A stretch of 58,745 bases of DNA, the filler included. It is 3 parts of 3 records of this genome, joined end to end, with 100 filler letters (N's around TTAATTAATTAA, not from the genome) between each part and the next. Parts side by side here need not be neighbours in the genome. Positions count along the whole stretch, not along the records: positions 1 to 26,085 come from DRR723986_3458; 2 more parts are not named here. One strand, given 5' to 3'. Below the pieces are notes generated by a model, which searched no databases, had not been told where the DNA came from, and worked only from the letters and a program-made list of their open reading frames with translations. Position numbers and translations under genes: made by a program. Below are positions 1 to 8,939 of the stretch, in pieces (position 1 is the first letter of the stretch; every line of letters begins with the position of its first letter).

Positions 1-30
1 TCGAGGGTTCGAATCCCTTCGTCTCCGCCA
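1..30 (+). tRNA. 3' end of a tRNA-Ser (T-arm, acceptor strand, encoded CCA); 5' part lies outside the window
   Basis: GAGGG-TTCGAAT-CCCTT T-arm, then CGTCTCC-G-CCA. A G discriminator and implied GGAGACG 5' end fit alphaproteobacterial tRNA-Ser. The anticodon is not visible. Confidence 0.85.
17..30 (+). repeat. attL core, 14-bp direct repeat CTTCGTCTCCGCCA (copy 1, tRNA 3' end)
   Basis: Exact match to 5769-5782. Confidence 0.9.
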
Positions 31-158
31 GACACCCCAAATTTTCTAAACAATTTCAGATATTTGGGGAGTTTTGCTGTTTCTCGTCCCCCAATTCACC
101 CGCCATTCTTGATTGGTCGATTGTGATGTTGGCGCACTCGAAAGCGGATCAAACCTCG

Positions 159-806
159 TTACATCAGCTGGTCAAAATACATCCGGCGCTCCTCTGGGCT
201 AAGAACGTGTGCGAACCTTTCGATGAAGAGGTGGTTCGCTTTTTGCTCACACCAATCAATCTCAAGTCGCTTGCGCTGGTACGTCCTATGCCACATGCCC
301 TTTGGTCTTTCAGCTATCCAGCTTGCGCTTCCCGGTTCACCGCCCAGCGCTATACGCAGCTTATTCGCCCGACGTAGCAATCGGTCATACTGGGCTTCAG
401 ATTGACTGGAATATGAAACATTGTAGCAATGACGGCACAGAAAGTACGTACCTCCGGCGAACAGCTTACCGACACGTCGCCTGCAATGTTGGCCGCTAAC
501 AACGCCGGGGCATAGAAAGTAAGGCCGCTGACCGCCGTAGTGACACTGAACATAAGTAAATGGAACAGCTTGAGTTATCGGCTCCCATTCACCGCCATGC
601 TGCCTGACGCGGTAATCCAAAATCAAACTTGAAGCTGTTGAGGTGTAGCCAATCCTTCCCACTTCTTGCCCTTCGCGAGACCAAACCCAGTTGCCACGCT
701 GCCCCGCCCGCAAACAACCCTCTCGATGTAAGCTTGACACCTCCAACGAGCGGCAATCTTCAGCCTTTAGATTGCAAGTTGATCGGCCTGATCCATATCC
801 ACCCAT
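159..806 (-). CDS. Conserved hypothetical protein of integrative elements (MGGxGSGR N-terminus, Cys-rich putative Zn-binding motifs)
   Basis: 215-aa ORF with GGxRxxFxCP...C and CRHC motifs, typical of alphaproteobacterial satellite-like islands. Confidence 0.7.
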   Translation of the reverse strand: MGGYGSGRSTCNLKAEDCRSLEVSSLHREGCLRAGQRGNWVWSREGQEVGRIGYTSTASSLILDYRVRQHGGEWEPITQAVPFTYVQCHYGGQRPYFLCPGVVSGQHCRRRVGKLFAGGTYFLCRHCYNVSYSSQSEAQYDRLLRRANKLRIALGGEPGSASWIAERPKGMWHRTYQRKRLEIDWCEQKANHLFIERFAHVLSPEERRMYFDQLM

Positions 807-851
807 TTAAGGCATTCCTGATTTTTTCCGAAATCAATAGGCAAGTTTATC

Positions 852-2291
852 TTATCGGCACTCAATGAATGCTGTGAATCTTGTTGCCAGTTCAGCGATT
901 GTGACTGGATCGACTTTGGCACTTGAAACACTCAATTTCGGGTCAATGCCATTTTGCGCCAAGAACAGCTTTGCAATCTCACCTCGAACGGCAAAATTCA
1001 CATTCTGAGGCACATCCCCTAACGCTCCTGCGACTTTGAATGCGTCCAGCTTAGAAACAACCACACCCACAACATTCCCGCTTGGCCCAAGTAACGGCCC
1101 ACCTGAGTTTCCGCTTTGAACCGGAGCAGTTACTTGCATAGTTGTTGCATTTCCGCCCAGCCCCTTCAATGAGGAGACCGCTCCCCGAGTGACGTTGAGG
1201 CCTCCGAGCACTCCGGCATAAGGATAGCCAACAGCAGTTACGTCAGAATTCAGCTTGGCAGGTGCAGCAGAAAAAGTCGCCGCCACCTTTTCCTCTGGCT
1301 TTTCAGTGTGGAGAAGAGCGAGGTCAAAGTCTTGAGATGCATCAATCAGGGAGGCGTTGGCCCCATCTATCAAAATTTTGCTGCATTCATCGACCACATG
1401 AGCATTCGTTAAAACGTGCCCCCTGTCTGAAACGAAAAATCCTGAGCCTGAGCCGCCGCTCACTTTTGGCTTTCGCGCGTCTGTGTTTGGCGGTGATGAT
1501 TTAACGTCCTGCTGCTTACGTTTCTCTTCTTGTATGACCCTGAGGGTATCCTTGACAGCCATTTCTAAGCGGCCATTTGGGGTTATGCCAAGATGAGCGG
1601 CCCTACCGATTGTCAAGCTAGAGGAAACGGCGCTGAGTATGGAGGCATCACGTTTCTGAGCCGACAGCATAACTGTAGACCATGAGCCGTTGATGAAGTT
1701 TGACCTTGTGTAAAGCAGTGACCCATCTGCCTTTGTCACAGAAGAAATTGCGAAGTTCTTCTTGCGAACGAGATAGGGCTGTATCCGATGACCATCCGAC
1801 TTAACCGTGAACCCATGAATTCTCTCCACGGTGGCTTGTGAATGTATGCCCAGTGAAATCGACAGGCTACTTCCAGCGTGGCGCATGTTCACGAAGTTCT
1901 CTGTGGGAGGGTCACTGATAATCGAGTTCATTGGCAACAATACGGACAAACCCAAACTGGGATAGTACTCAATGTCCCAACCGTCGCGCTCAAAACGGTC
2001 GAAGAAACCAAAGGCGAGCGCCGCCATATGCCACTCCTCTGAGGCCCTGCCAAACTCTTGCTGCGAATATCGCGTCATTGCTTCGCGACTTAATCGCCCC
2101 CAATCACCGTCCAGTAATCCAACGTAGTGACCTTCGAAAGCTAACGCCGCTTGTAGAAACCGCTTATCAGCCCGCGTTAAATCGCTGGCACTGAAGTTTT
2201 GAATAAGGTGCTGGTAGTTCTGTGTCTGTGCTTTGGCTGGCGCGAAAATCGACAACACCGCCAGCAGCACCATAGAGAAAATCAATCGCAT
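852..2291 (-). CDS. Secreted trypsin-like (S1) serine protease with N-terminal peptidoglycan-binding-like segment
   Basis: Start at MRLIFSMVLLAVLSIFAPAKA (signal peptide, GAGGTG RBS). LQAAL..EGHY.G..DG.WG resembles a PG-binding repeat. Catalytic triad motifs TNAHV, DLALL and GNSGGP. Confidence 0.85.
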   Translation of the reverse strand: MRLIFSMVLLAVLSIFAPAKAQTQNYQHLIQNFSASDLTRADKRFLQAALAFEGHYVGLLDGDWGRLSREAMTRYSQQEFGRASEEWHMAALAFGFFDRFERDGWDIEYYPSLGLSVLLPMNSIISDPPTENFVNMRHAGSSLSISLGIHSQATVERIHGFTVKSDGHRIQPYLVRKKNFAISSVTKADGSLLYTRSNFINGSWSTVMLSAQKRDASILSAVSSSLTIGRAAHLGITPNGRLEMAVKDTLRVIQEEKRKQQDVKSSPPNTDARKPKVSGGSGSGFFVSDRGHVLTNAHVVDECSKILIDGANASLIDASQDFDLALLHTEKPEEKVAATFSAAPAKLNSDVTAVGYPYAGVLGGLNVTRGAVSSLKGLGGNATTMQVTAPVQSGNSGGPLLGPSGNVVGVVVSKLDAFKVAGALGDVPQNVNFAVRGEIAKLFLAQNGIDPKLSVSSAKVDPVTIAELATRFTAFIECR

Positions 2292-2498
2292 AACTATCAC
2301 CTCACCAACATCGTAACCGTGCCACATAACTGAACTAATTTGCAATTGGGGTGATGGCTTGAACGGGAGGCTAACTAGACACGCCCACACCTTTGCTCCC
2401 TCATTCTCAATGCCAATCCACTAGAGATATGTAGACGCAACACCCTTGGTTAGATGTATATATGTCCTGATTTTTGTGCATCGAAAACACTATGAAAA

Positions 2499-2996
2499 TT
2501 ACCTTTGTGTCACAATTTTCAGGACAGCTTCATCTGCTAATTCCGGGTTTTCACCTCGGTCACCCCGCTTATTGTGACGCGGTTGCACAACCTTTGTGCG
2601 GGGCTTTTTCTTTTCTCGCCACTTAATGAATGACCTAGTGGCAGGCTTCCCATCCACTGTAGCCACCTCCTCTAATGCCCATAGCGCGGCTTGCCCAATA
2701 CCCGCCGCACCAAGATGCGATGCTTGGGTCATTCGAATGAGGCCGCGCTCTTCCAACTCTTTGAAGTACGGCCCAACCGTATTTCGATGCACGTTGATAG
2801 CTTTTGCAGCATCCCTATGACTTAGAAAGATCCGCCCATTGTTGCCCCCATTGTAGCGCCTCTTTAGCTCAATATAGAGCGCTCTTGGTCCCGGCCTTAG
2901 GCTTACCCAAGCCTCAGTGGATTGCAGATGTTCAGAAAGCTGGAGGTGCCGACCGGCACCCCGCTTTTTAGATTTGTAAAACTTGGACACTAGCAT
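2499..2996 (-). CDS. Helix-turn-helix protein, putative replication initiator of the element
   Basis: 165 aa with NNGRIFLSHRDAAKAINVHRNTVGPYFKELEERGLI winged HTH. Lies downstream of alpA, with an inverted repeat and AT-rich tract at its 3' end. Confidence 0.65.
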   Translation of the reverse strand: MLVSKFYKSKKRGAGRHLQLSEHLQSTEAWVSLRPGPRALYIELKRRYNGGNNGRIFLSHRDAAKAINVHRNTVGPYFKELEERGLIRMTQASHLGAAGIGQAALWALEEVATVDGKPATRSFIKWREKKKPRTKVVQPRHNKRGDRGENPELADEAVLKIVTQR

Positions 2997-3277
2997 CGCT
3001 CCTGTTCGGCGTGGCCCAGTATGACAATGCTCTTTAGCCGGTATCTGGCGTGATAGCCGGGATATGCGCCGCCATGCGGTTCGGTCTCAGTGTCGATGAG
3101 AAAACCCATTTCACGTAGGGAATGGATATGAGCCGCAAGACGGATTGCTGGGTTCTCTAGCGAAGTGATACCTTGCTGCTTTGCTTGCATCAGATGATGC
3201 ATGGTTTGGCCGATGCGCCCGGATAGTGTGAACACGCGGGGGCAATCGCCGCCCTGAAGGGTGACGTTCAAATTCAT
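2990..3277 (-). CDS. Winged-helix domain protein
   Basis: 95 aa with GITSLE..AIRLAAHIHSLREMG..I.T..E.H.G...G.HARYRL motif. GAGG RBS. Overlaps the next gene. Confidence 0.75.
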   Translation of the reverse strand: MNLNVTLQGGDCPRVFTLSGRIGQTMHHLMQAKQQGITSLENPAIRLAAHIHSLREMGFLIDTETEPHGGAYPGYHARYRLKSIVILGHAEQERC

Positions 3278-3373
3278 ATTAACCTCATTGATTTGAGAGG
3301 CGCGAAGCGGTAGGATTTATGCGTCAAGACTACCTAGCACCCGCGCCAGTTTTAGAACTGCGTGGGTGTTGTT

Positions 3374-3568
3374 TTACCCAGCCAGCGGTTTGGTAGTTGG
3401 TCTATTGGACAACCATTCTGAGATGACGGTTTCAGGCCAAGCGACAGCTCGCTTCCCTACAAGGCGTGGGCGAGGAAACTCACCTTTAGACATCATCTCA
3501 TATATGCTTGAACGGCTTAAGCCGGTTAAATCTTCAACTGCAGGTCGTCTTAGATATTTTTCGACCAT
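3374..3568 (-). CDS. alpA: AlpA family phage regulatory protein / recombination directionality factor
   Basis: YLRRPAVEDLTGLSRSSIYEMMSKGEFPRP.LVG.RAVAW signature. AAGGAGG RBS. Confidence 0.93.
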   Translation of the reverse strand: MVEKYLRRPAVEDLTGLSRSSIYEMMSKGEFPRPRLVGKRAVAWPETVISEWLSNRPTTKPLAG

Positions 3569-3684
3569 TTTTGCCTCCTTTGGAAAACTAAGGTAGCCTC
3601 AGGAAACAAGTAAACTTTCGGACCGTAAAGCGTTTCTATATTCCAAAACCCAGGATGGTGTTTTGACTAGGTTCTGGAAGCGTT

Positions 3685-4422
3685 TTAGGAATCGGTTTTG
3701 CCGTATCGTTGACGCGCACGCCGGATGGTTGACGCGCTGAAACCCGTCCTGTCCTCCACCTGAGGCCAAGTTGCCTTTCCTCTGTGCCCGCTCGGGAAAA
3801 GCTGATTGTAGATCGTCCATGCTTCTAGCTGCAGATGAGGACGACCACCATTTCTCTTCGCACCATTTGTTGTTTCCGTTAGTAAACGAGATTCATTGAG
3901 TTCGTCTGGCGGAACGTCAAGCAATTCAGCTACTAAATCTTTTGTTTGATGTTTGTCATACTGCGACTTCAAGAGGCCAAGTATCTCTTCATCACTTTCC
4001 AAATCCAGCAAGTCCCAGACATCCGCTAAACTTTCTTCTTCGACAAAAGCAAACACTGGTAGCCCCGAAAAAGGCCCTACAATTTTACTGTAAGGTACAA
4101 ACGGCCAAGTCCCTGACTTTTCGTCAGGCCAGCCCTGCAAAGTACCGGAGTGCAATTCCAAAAAGAAACCAGAAGTAGCTTCGTCTGAGAAGCGGTCTAG
4201 AACGATTGGGTCGAGATCCACTAGGTTTCCCGAGGTGCTAACAAATTTTACACTATCTGCAAAATCTAGGATTGACCACGTCACAATGGAAGCGACAATT
4301 GTTTGTATTTCAAGAAGTTGTGCTTTTTTTGTATGGCGTTTGCCCAAGTATGAACTCGTCGTAGAGAATTTCCCAAACACGCCATTTTTGACTCTGGAAA
4401 ATCTCGTGAACTGGAAGGCCAT
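3685..4422 (-). CDS. Hypothetical protein with C-terminal HTH-like segment
   Basis: ORF between integrase and alpA. ATG at 4422 directly follows the integrase stop. C-terminal GGRP...TWPQVEDRTGFSASTIRRA. Confidence 0.55.
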   Translation of the reverse strand: MAFQFTRFSRVKNGVFGKFSTTSSYLGKRHTKKAQLLEIQTIVASIVTWSILDFADSVKFVSTSGNLVDLDPIVLDRFSDEATSGFFLELHSGTLQGWPDEKSGTWPFVPYSKIVGPFSGLPVFAFVEEESLADVWDLLDLESDEEILGLLKSQYDKHQTKDLVAELLDVPPDELNESRLLTETTNGAKRNGGRPHLQLEAWTIYNQLFPSGHRGKATWPQVEDRTGFSASTIRRARQRYGKTDS

Positions 4423-4424
4423 TG

Positions 4425-5648
4425 TTAAAATTGAACATTTACAACTTGCGAATCTGTCTGAGAAATATGTCTTTCCCATGCTTCCAATAACTTACGCCTT
4501 TTGTCAAAGAAGTCTGACCGCGCATAGGCTGCCTCGGCCTTATCTTTCACGGTATGTGCCAAAGCCGCCTCGGACACATCACGCGGAGCGTTAGTGCGTT
4601 CCTGCGCCCATGTCTTGAAGGATGTGCGAAAACCGTGAACATCCACATCATAGCCCAGCGCCTTGACCAGCTTTGACAGGGTCATGTCAGACAGTGGCTT
4701 ACCCTGTTTGGTACCGGGGAAAACCAAGCCCTCACCTGAACCCAATTTCATCGCCCCCGACAGAACCTCCAAGGCGCGCGGGGACAAGGGGACGCGATGT
4801 TCCTTCTTGGCCTTCATACGCAGCGCTGGGCGGGTCCAGATGGCATTCTCTAGATCGAACTCGGACCAATCAGCCAAACGGACCTCGCCAGACCGGGACG
4901 CAGTCAAGATAAGCAATTCTAGCGCCAGTTTGGTGGCAGTCCCTGCACTTGATGCCTTAAGACTCTCAAGGAACTCAGGTACCCTGTTATAGGGTAACGC
5001 CTTGCGGTGAACTTGGGTTTTGTCCTGTTTGGGGAGCGCGGATGAAATCGTATCGGCTGGGTTATCCTGCCTCCACCCATTGGCAACGGCCCACTTCATC
5101 ACGGTGCCAATTCTCTGGCGCACCCGTCGCGCGGTTTCAGGTTTGTCCAGCCAGATCGGTTGCAAGACTGCCAGCACATCCGCCGTGGTGACTTCGGAGA
5201 CCTTGAGTTTACCAATACGGGGGAACGTATAGGTTTCTAGCGTCGAAATGAATTGCGCTGCATGTTTCTTGTTGCGCCAAGTCGGTTCGTGGATTTTGTG
5301 AACTTTTCTCGCTGCCTCCTCAAACGTGAGCAAGGCCTCAGCGGTGCGCTTGGCTTGCAATGGGTCGCCACCGGCCCGCGCCAGCTTGCGGTTCTCCAGT
5401 GCGGCTTCACGCGCCTCTGCTAGGCTCACAAGCGATGCAGACCCCAAGCCAATTTCAGTACGCTTGCCGCGAATAACAATACGCTGAACCCAGCGACGTG
5501 CGCCTGATGTATCCACCTTGAGAAACAGGCCATGCCCATCGAAATATTTGCCGGGTTTAGATGCCGTTCGAACGAAGGCAGCCGACAGCGCTTTCTCTTG
5601 GCGCTTGCGCGGTACGTTGTCGTTGGTGTCGCTTTTCTCGTCCGCCAT
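4425..5648 (-). CDS. P4-family tyrosine integrase with N-terminal arm-binding domain
   Basis: KPGKYFDGHGLFLKV arm-binding domain. Catalytic residues TASRSGE (R), HGFR, LAH and AAY are all present. Adjacent to attR. Confidence 0.95.
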   Translation of the reverse strand: MADEKSDTNDNVPRKRQEKALSAAFVRTASKPGKYFDGHGLFLKVDTSGARRWVQRIVIRGKRTEIGLGSASLVSLAEAREAALENRKLARAGGDPLQAKRTAEALLTFEEAARKVHKIHEPTWRNKKHAAQFISTLETYTFPRIGKLKVSEVTTADVLAVLQPIWLDKPETARRVRQRIGTVMKWAVANGWRQDNPADTISSALPKQDKTQVHRKALPYNRVPEFLESLKASSAGTATKLALELLILTASRSGEVRLADWSEFDLENAIWTRPALRMKAKKEHRVPLSPRALEVLSGAMKLGSGEGLVFPGTKQGKPLSDMTLSKLVKALGYDVDVHGFRTSFKTWAQERTNAPRDVSEAALAHTVKDKAEAAYARSDFFDKRRKLLEAWERHISQTDSQVVNVQF

Positions 5649-5649
5649 T

Positions 5650-5684
5650 CCGTCCCCCATTGATAACAGGAATATGGGGGACGG
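5650..5684. promoter_or_regulatory. 11-bp inverted repeat of putative integrase arm-binding sites upstream of int
   Basis: CCGTCCCCCAT (5650-5660) and ATGGGGGACGG (5674-5684). The same CGTCCCCCA motif occurs at 85-93. Confidence 0.6.
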
Positions 5685-5768
5685 CACTGGAACGTTCAAG
5701 AACCAAAAAGTGATTAACTATCTGTTTTATAGAACTTTATGGAACATGTCGGAATCGAAGCAGGCGGA

Positions 5769-5782
5769 CTTCGTCTCCGCCA
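5769..5782 (+). repeat. attR core of element 1 / left boundary of element 2 (copy 2 of CTTCGTCTCCGCCA)
   Basis: Exact match to 17-30. Confidence 0.9.
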
Positions 5783-5826
5783 CCATCATTTTTTCCTCTG
5801 TGTTTTCAGTGGCTTATCTTGATCGC

Positions 5827-5852
5827 TGGCGAACCTAAAAGGAAGGTTCGCC
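5827..5852. promoter_or_regulatory. Palindromic putative recombinase-binding site TGGCGAACC-N9-GGTTCGCC
   Basis: Lies between the att core and the integrase stop. The motif recurs at 8755-8783, 8877-8885, 8927-8935 and 20319-20328. Confidence 0.6.
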
Positions 5853-5866
5853 TCATGTACTGGCCG

Positions 5867-6913
5867 CTACTGCTTTGTCTTTTTCCGAGTCATTTTTTGC
5901 ATGGCCGCGTTGGCCAGCTTAGCTCGGTTTGCCTCCTCTGCGTACCTCTGGACTTCGCTAAGCGTTTTGTGACCGGTTACAGACATGATCTGGTGACCTG
6001 TCGCTCCGGCTTCTGCCAAACGGCGAGCGATTGCTTTTCTCAACCCATGTGAACTGCACTTTGGCAATCCGGCCGCATTGCACCACTTGCGCATATCTTT
6101 ACCCAACCCTTTTTCGGAACGTTGTTGGCCATCTTTTGTTTCGAGGAAAGTTTTTACCTCATTGGGAATCTTATCCAATACGGTTTGCAGATGTGGGTGA
6201 ATCGGAATGCTGATCACCATGCCATTGCTTGATTGGGTCTTTTGACGAACGTATTCCACCCGACCGTTTTTGATGCTGTGCCAACCCAATTTGACGGCGT
6301 CAACACGGGCCGCACCGGTGTAGAGCATAAGAGTCATTGCTGCGTGCGGAACGCTACCCAACTTGTAGACTGACAGATACTTCTCGATCTCTTCTTCCGT
6401 CCAAGTGTGGAACCCAACTTTCTTGACTTTCATCGGCTTGACCATCGCTGCGGGATTGAACTTGATCCACTCAATTTCCACGGCTTCGTCGAGCAAAGCG
6501 ATGAGCCGATGGCGCAATTTGTTGGCTGCAACCGGTGTCTCCGCCTTTTTTTCCAAGATAGCCTTTACGTGACGTCTTTGGATAGAAATCACTGGGAGGT
6601 GGCCATATTGGTCCCGCATTTCTTCCAGGATATTCCGGTAGACTTGCTTGGTGCTGTTGGCCAACGCCAAATAGTTACTGGATTGGTAGTAAAGCGCAAT
6701 TAGGGCACTCAATGACTTGGTAGAAGCTGGCCTGGATGAAGAAACTTTCTTTTTCCCAGCAGCTGCTGCTCTGTAGCGCTCACGAAACTCCTTCGATCCG
6801 CACTCAGTGCCCAGTTGAACATCTATCCCGTATTTATCAAGGTACCGGAAGCGAACCTTACCATGCCTATCAGTTTACCTTGATACTCCAGGGTACTCTT
6901 TCATCTGTTTCAT
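5867..6913 (-). pseudogene. Tyrosine recombinase/integrase interrupted by an in-frame TAA at codon 13
   Basis: ATG 6913 reads MKQMKEYPGVSR*TDRHGKVRFRY (stop at 6875-6877) in frame into ORF 5867..6712. The paralogue at 19220 reads FPGISSYLDRHGKRRWRY. Catalytic TGAARVD, HGLR, TGH and Y are intact. Confidence 0.85.
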
Positions 6914-6915
6914 AA

Positions 6916-7101
6916 TCAATTGAGCCCCAGTGCAGAATCCCATTCATTCTGCGACTCGGTGATTTCTTGATCTCCGATAAAGATCCTCAATCCAGCCTTG
7001 GGATCAAATTCGATTTTGGCGATGGAATACCCGGCATCCCGTGTCGCCTTTAGGGCCCTTGCTATCTCTGCTTGGGTAAAAATCGCTTTGCGATTGGCCA
7101 T
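6916..7101 (-). CDS. Small protein preceding the integrase (excisionase-like by position)
   Basis: MANRKAIFTQAEIARALKA...NEWD, 61 aa. AAGGAG RBS. Ends 2 nt before the integrase ATG. Confidence 0.7.
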   Translation of the reverse strand: MANRKAIFTQAEIARALKATRDAGYSIAKIEFDPKAGLRIFIGDQEITESQNEWDSALGLN

Positions 7102-7555
7102 ACAGCTCTCCTTGACTTTGACACTCTCTACTTCCAGCAAGTCGCATGCGACTTGCCAGAGGCTCCTTGAGAGCGGTTTCGCAACCCGAACCGCTGGATT
7201 GCGGAAAGGGTGTCAAGAGGCCGACGGCCTGGGTGGAGTAACTATCTCTGAACACAAACTTAGTGGTGCACCATCTGTTTTTAAAGCCCGTCTGGAAAAA
7301 TTTTTCTATGTTATTCAACATATTGGCCGAAATAGGAAATCAGAAGCCCTCTGAGAAAAAATATTTTCCACGATTGTGAAAGTGACGATCTTTGGTAGAT
7401 GCAGCGAAACTCAACGCACCAGTTGGCGTTCACAGATCCATTTCTTGACACACTCACAAGTGTTAGCTTGGCGCCTCTCCAGGTTTCTACTGGCAGGGAG
7501 GCGCTGAACCCCAGCCGATGAAGGGGCTCAGCTGCATTGTCAGTAGTCTCGGCGA

Positions 7556-7972
7556 TCAGCCACCTCGCCTAAGAGCAAGTTTAAGCTGCCTCATCGCTGC
7601 CTGAAGATCTTGAACATGTTGGCGAATACCTCGAAAGTCCTTCCACCTTTCAGCCAATTGGCGAAGCAGCTCACGATCGTCTTCGAAGATCAGATGCTCC
7701 GAGGTGTCGATGCGCATGGCCAAGTCGCCATAGCCGAGTTTGAGTTCATTCAATGCGAACGTGATTTCTTCTGCCATCAGATCCAACGCGTTTTCATCGT
7801 TGATCGCCAAAGGTTCGCCGTCCTGCAGGCGCTGTAATAGTTGCGGTAGGAGCGGGCAGAGGTTCTTCTTGGGGTGGATTCCAGCTTTTTTCCACTCTTC
7901 GGCCAGCCATCGGCCTTGCTTGACGGAGGAAAGAACAGCCTTCTCGAGTTGTTCGTAGAGTTCATTTGCCAT
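7556..7972 (-). CDS. Hypothetical protein (helical)
   Basis: ORF from MANELYEQ with AGGA RBS. Followed by GC-rich hairpins at ~7470-7530. Confidence 0.6.
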   Translation of the reverse strand: MANELYEQLEKAVLSSVKQGRWLAEEWKKAGIHPKKNLCPLLPQLLQRLQDGEPLAINDENALDLMAEEITFALNELKLGYGDLAMRIDTSEHLIFEDDRELLRQLAERWKDFRGIRQHVQDLQAAMRQLKLALRRGG

Positions 7973-8064
7973 GGATAATTTCCTATGCTGTAACACGCAA
8001 AAACGAGGCTTCACTGCCTCTCAAGAAACCGGGATGTGTTGCGGCAGATCTCGGCTTTGGTGTT

Positions 8065-8439
8065 TCACGCCGGCAGCAACGCAATGGGAGCATCCGCCGG
8101 GGCAAAAAGGCACGCACGTAGATGATCGTTGAATTCGTCAGACAGCAGACAGATGTCCTCCATGATAGATGACCCCGGATCGATCTCGACGAAACATGTA
8201 GCTTCGATCCGATCCGGACCATGGACGTTTTCCGATGACAGAATTTCATAAAGGCTGGTCAGATTGCGCTTCATCCGGCGGGTCAGCGTGGACTGGATTG
8301 CCAGATCGTCCACGAGGGCTTGAACACACCAAACTCCAGGCTGGCCGCCCAGCAACGCAGACGCGTTCTGCAGGGCTCCTGAGTGAAGGTGGAAGAACTC
8401 TCTGAGGCCTTTCAGGGGGTCGTTAAGTAAGTCGAACAA
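8065..8439 (-). CDS. Hypothetical protein
   Basis: 124-aa ORF with TTG start and AAGGAGA RBS. Confidence 0.6.
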   Translation of the reverse strand: MFDLLNDPLKGLREFFHLHSGALQNASALLGGQPGVWCVQALVDDLAIQSTLTRRMKRNLTSLYEILSSENVHGPDRIEATCFVEIDPGSSIMEDICLLSDEFNDHLRACLFAPADAPIALLPA

Positions 8440-8754
8440 TTTACGTTCTCCTTTGCAGCACCCTTGCGTTATGCTCAGGTTTCAAGTGCGCCTGATTTCC
8501 TCCTTAGGAATGCGCCGTTGTCATTTACGAAAGGCTGCAGTCTCTCGGTTGATCGAAAATTCTGGTTTGTCTTTTCCTTGTTTGGGGCTTCGCAAGGGCA
8601 GCCCAAGACCAAGGAAAACGAAACCAAGAATTGATGTTTTCGGTAGAAACTTTGCGGTTAGTTCTTCCATAAGGGTAACACTTGCAAATGATGATGCCGC
8701 GCTATCGACGGAAAATTTCGCGTTCGTTACGGAGTTGATTTCGAGTTTGGCGGG

Positions 8755-8935
8755 TTGGCGAACCTTGATCCCTGGTTAGACAACGCACTCTTTAAGCCCC
8801 TGATAAAGTGCGACAAAAATCCAGCTTGGCGGATCCGCAGGAATTCGAACCTGGCAACGAAAATAGTAACTTATCATGGCGAACCGTCGTCACCCGCCTC
8901 TCGTATTCGTTGGGGTAATTTCTGCCTGGCGAACT
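8755..8935. repeat. Inverted, degenerate att-like site (arm motifs flanking a tRNA-Ser-like core)
   Basis: 8827-8851 matches the reverse complement of tRNA positions 6-30 at 21/25. 8757-8840 is colinear with the reverse complement of 5769-5852. Confidence 0.65.
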
Positions 8936-8939
8936 TCAG

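Larger units (their letters stand above)
17..5782. mobile_element. tRNA-Ser-integrated phage-satellite-like element (P4-type integrase, AlpA, HTH/rep genes, protease cargo)
   Basis: Bounded by exact 14-bp direct repeats of the tRNA end. Contains an intact P4-family integrase and AlpA. All genes are on the minus strand. CGTCCCCCA arm-type motifs occur near both ends (85-93, 5651-5659, and inverted near 5675-5683). No capsid, terminase or relaxase gene. Confidence 0.88.

Noticed and set aside
8453-8779. 108-aa plus-strand ORF as an integrase remnant upstream of the inverted att-like site
   Set aside because: No recombinase motifs, and it overlaps the hairpin and promoter-like DNA.
8827-8856. 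A second tRNA gene on the minus strand
   Set aside because: Only a degenerate T-arm and acceptor fragment with an imperfect stem and no D or anticodon arms. Treated as an att-like core instead.
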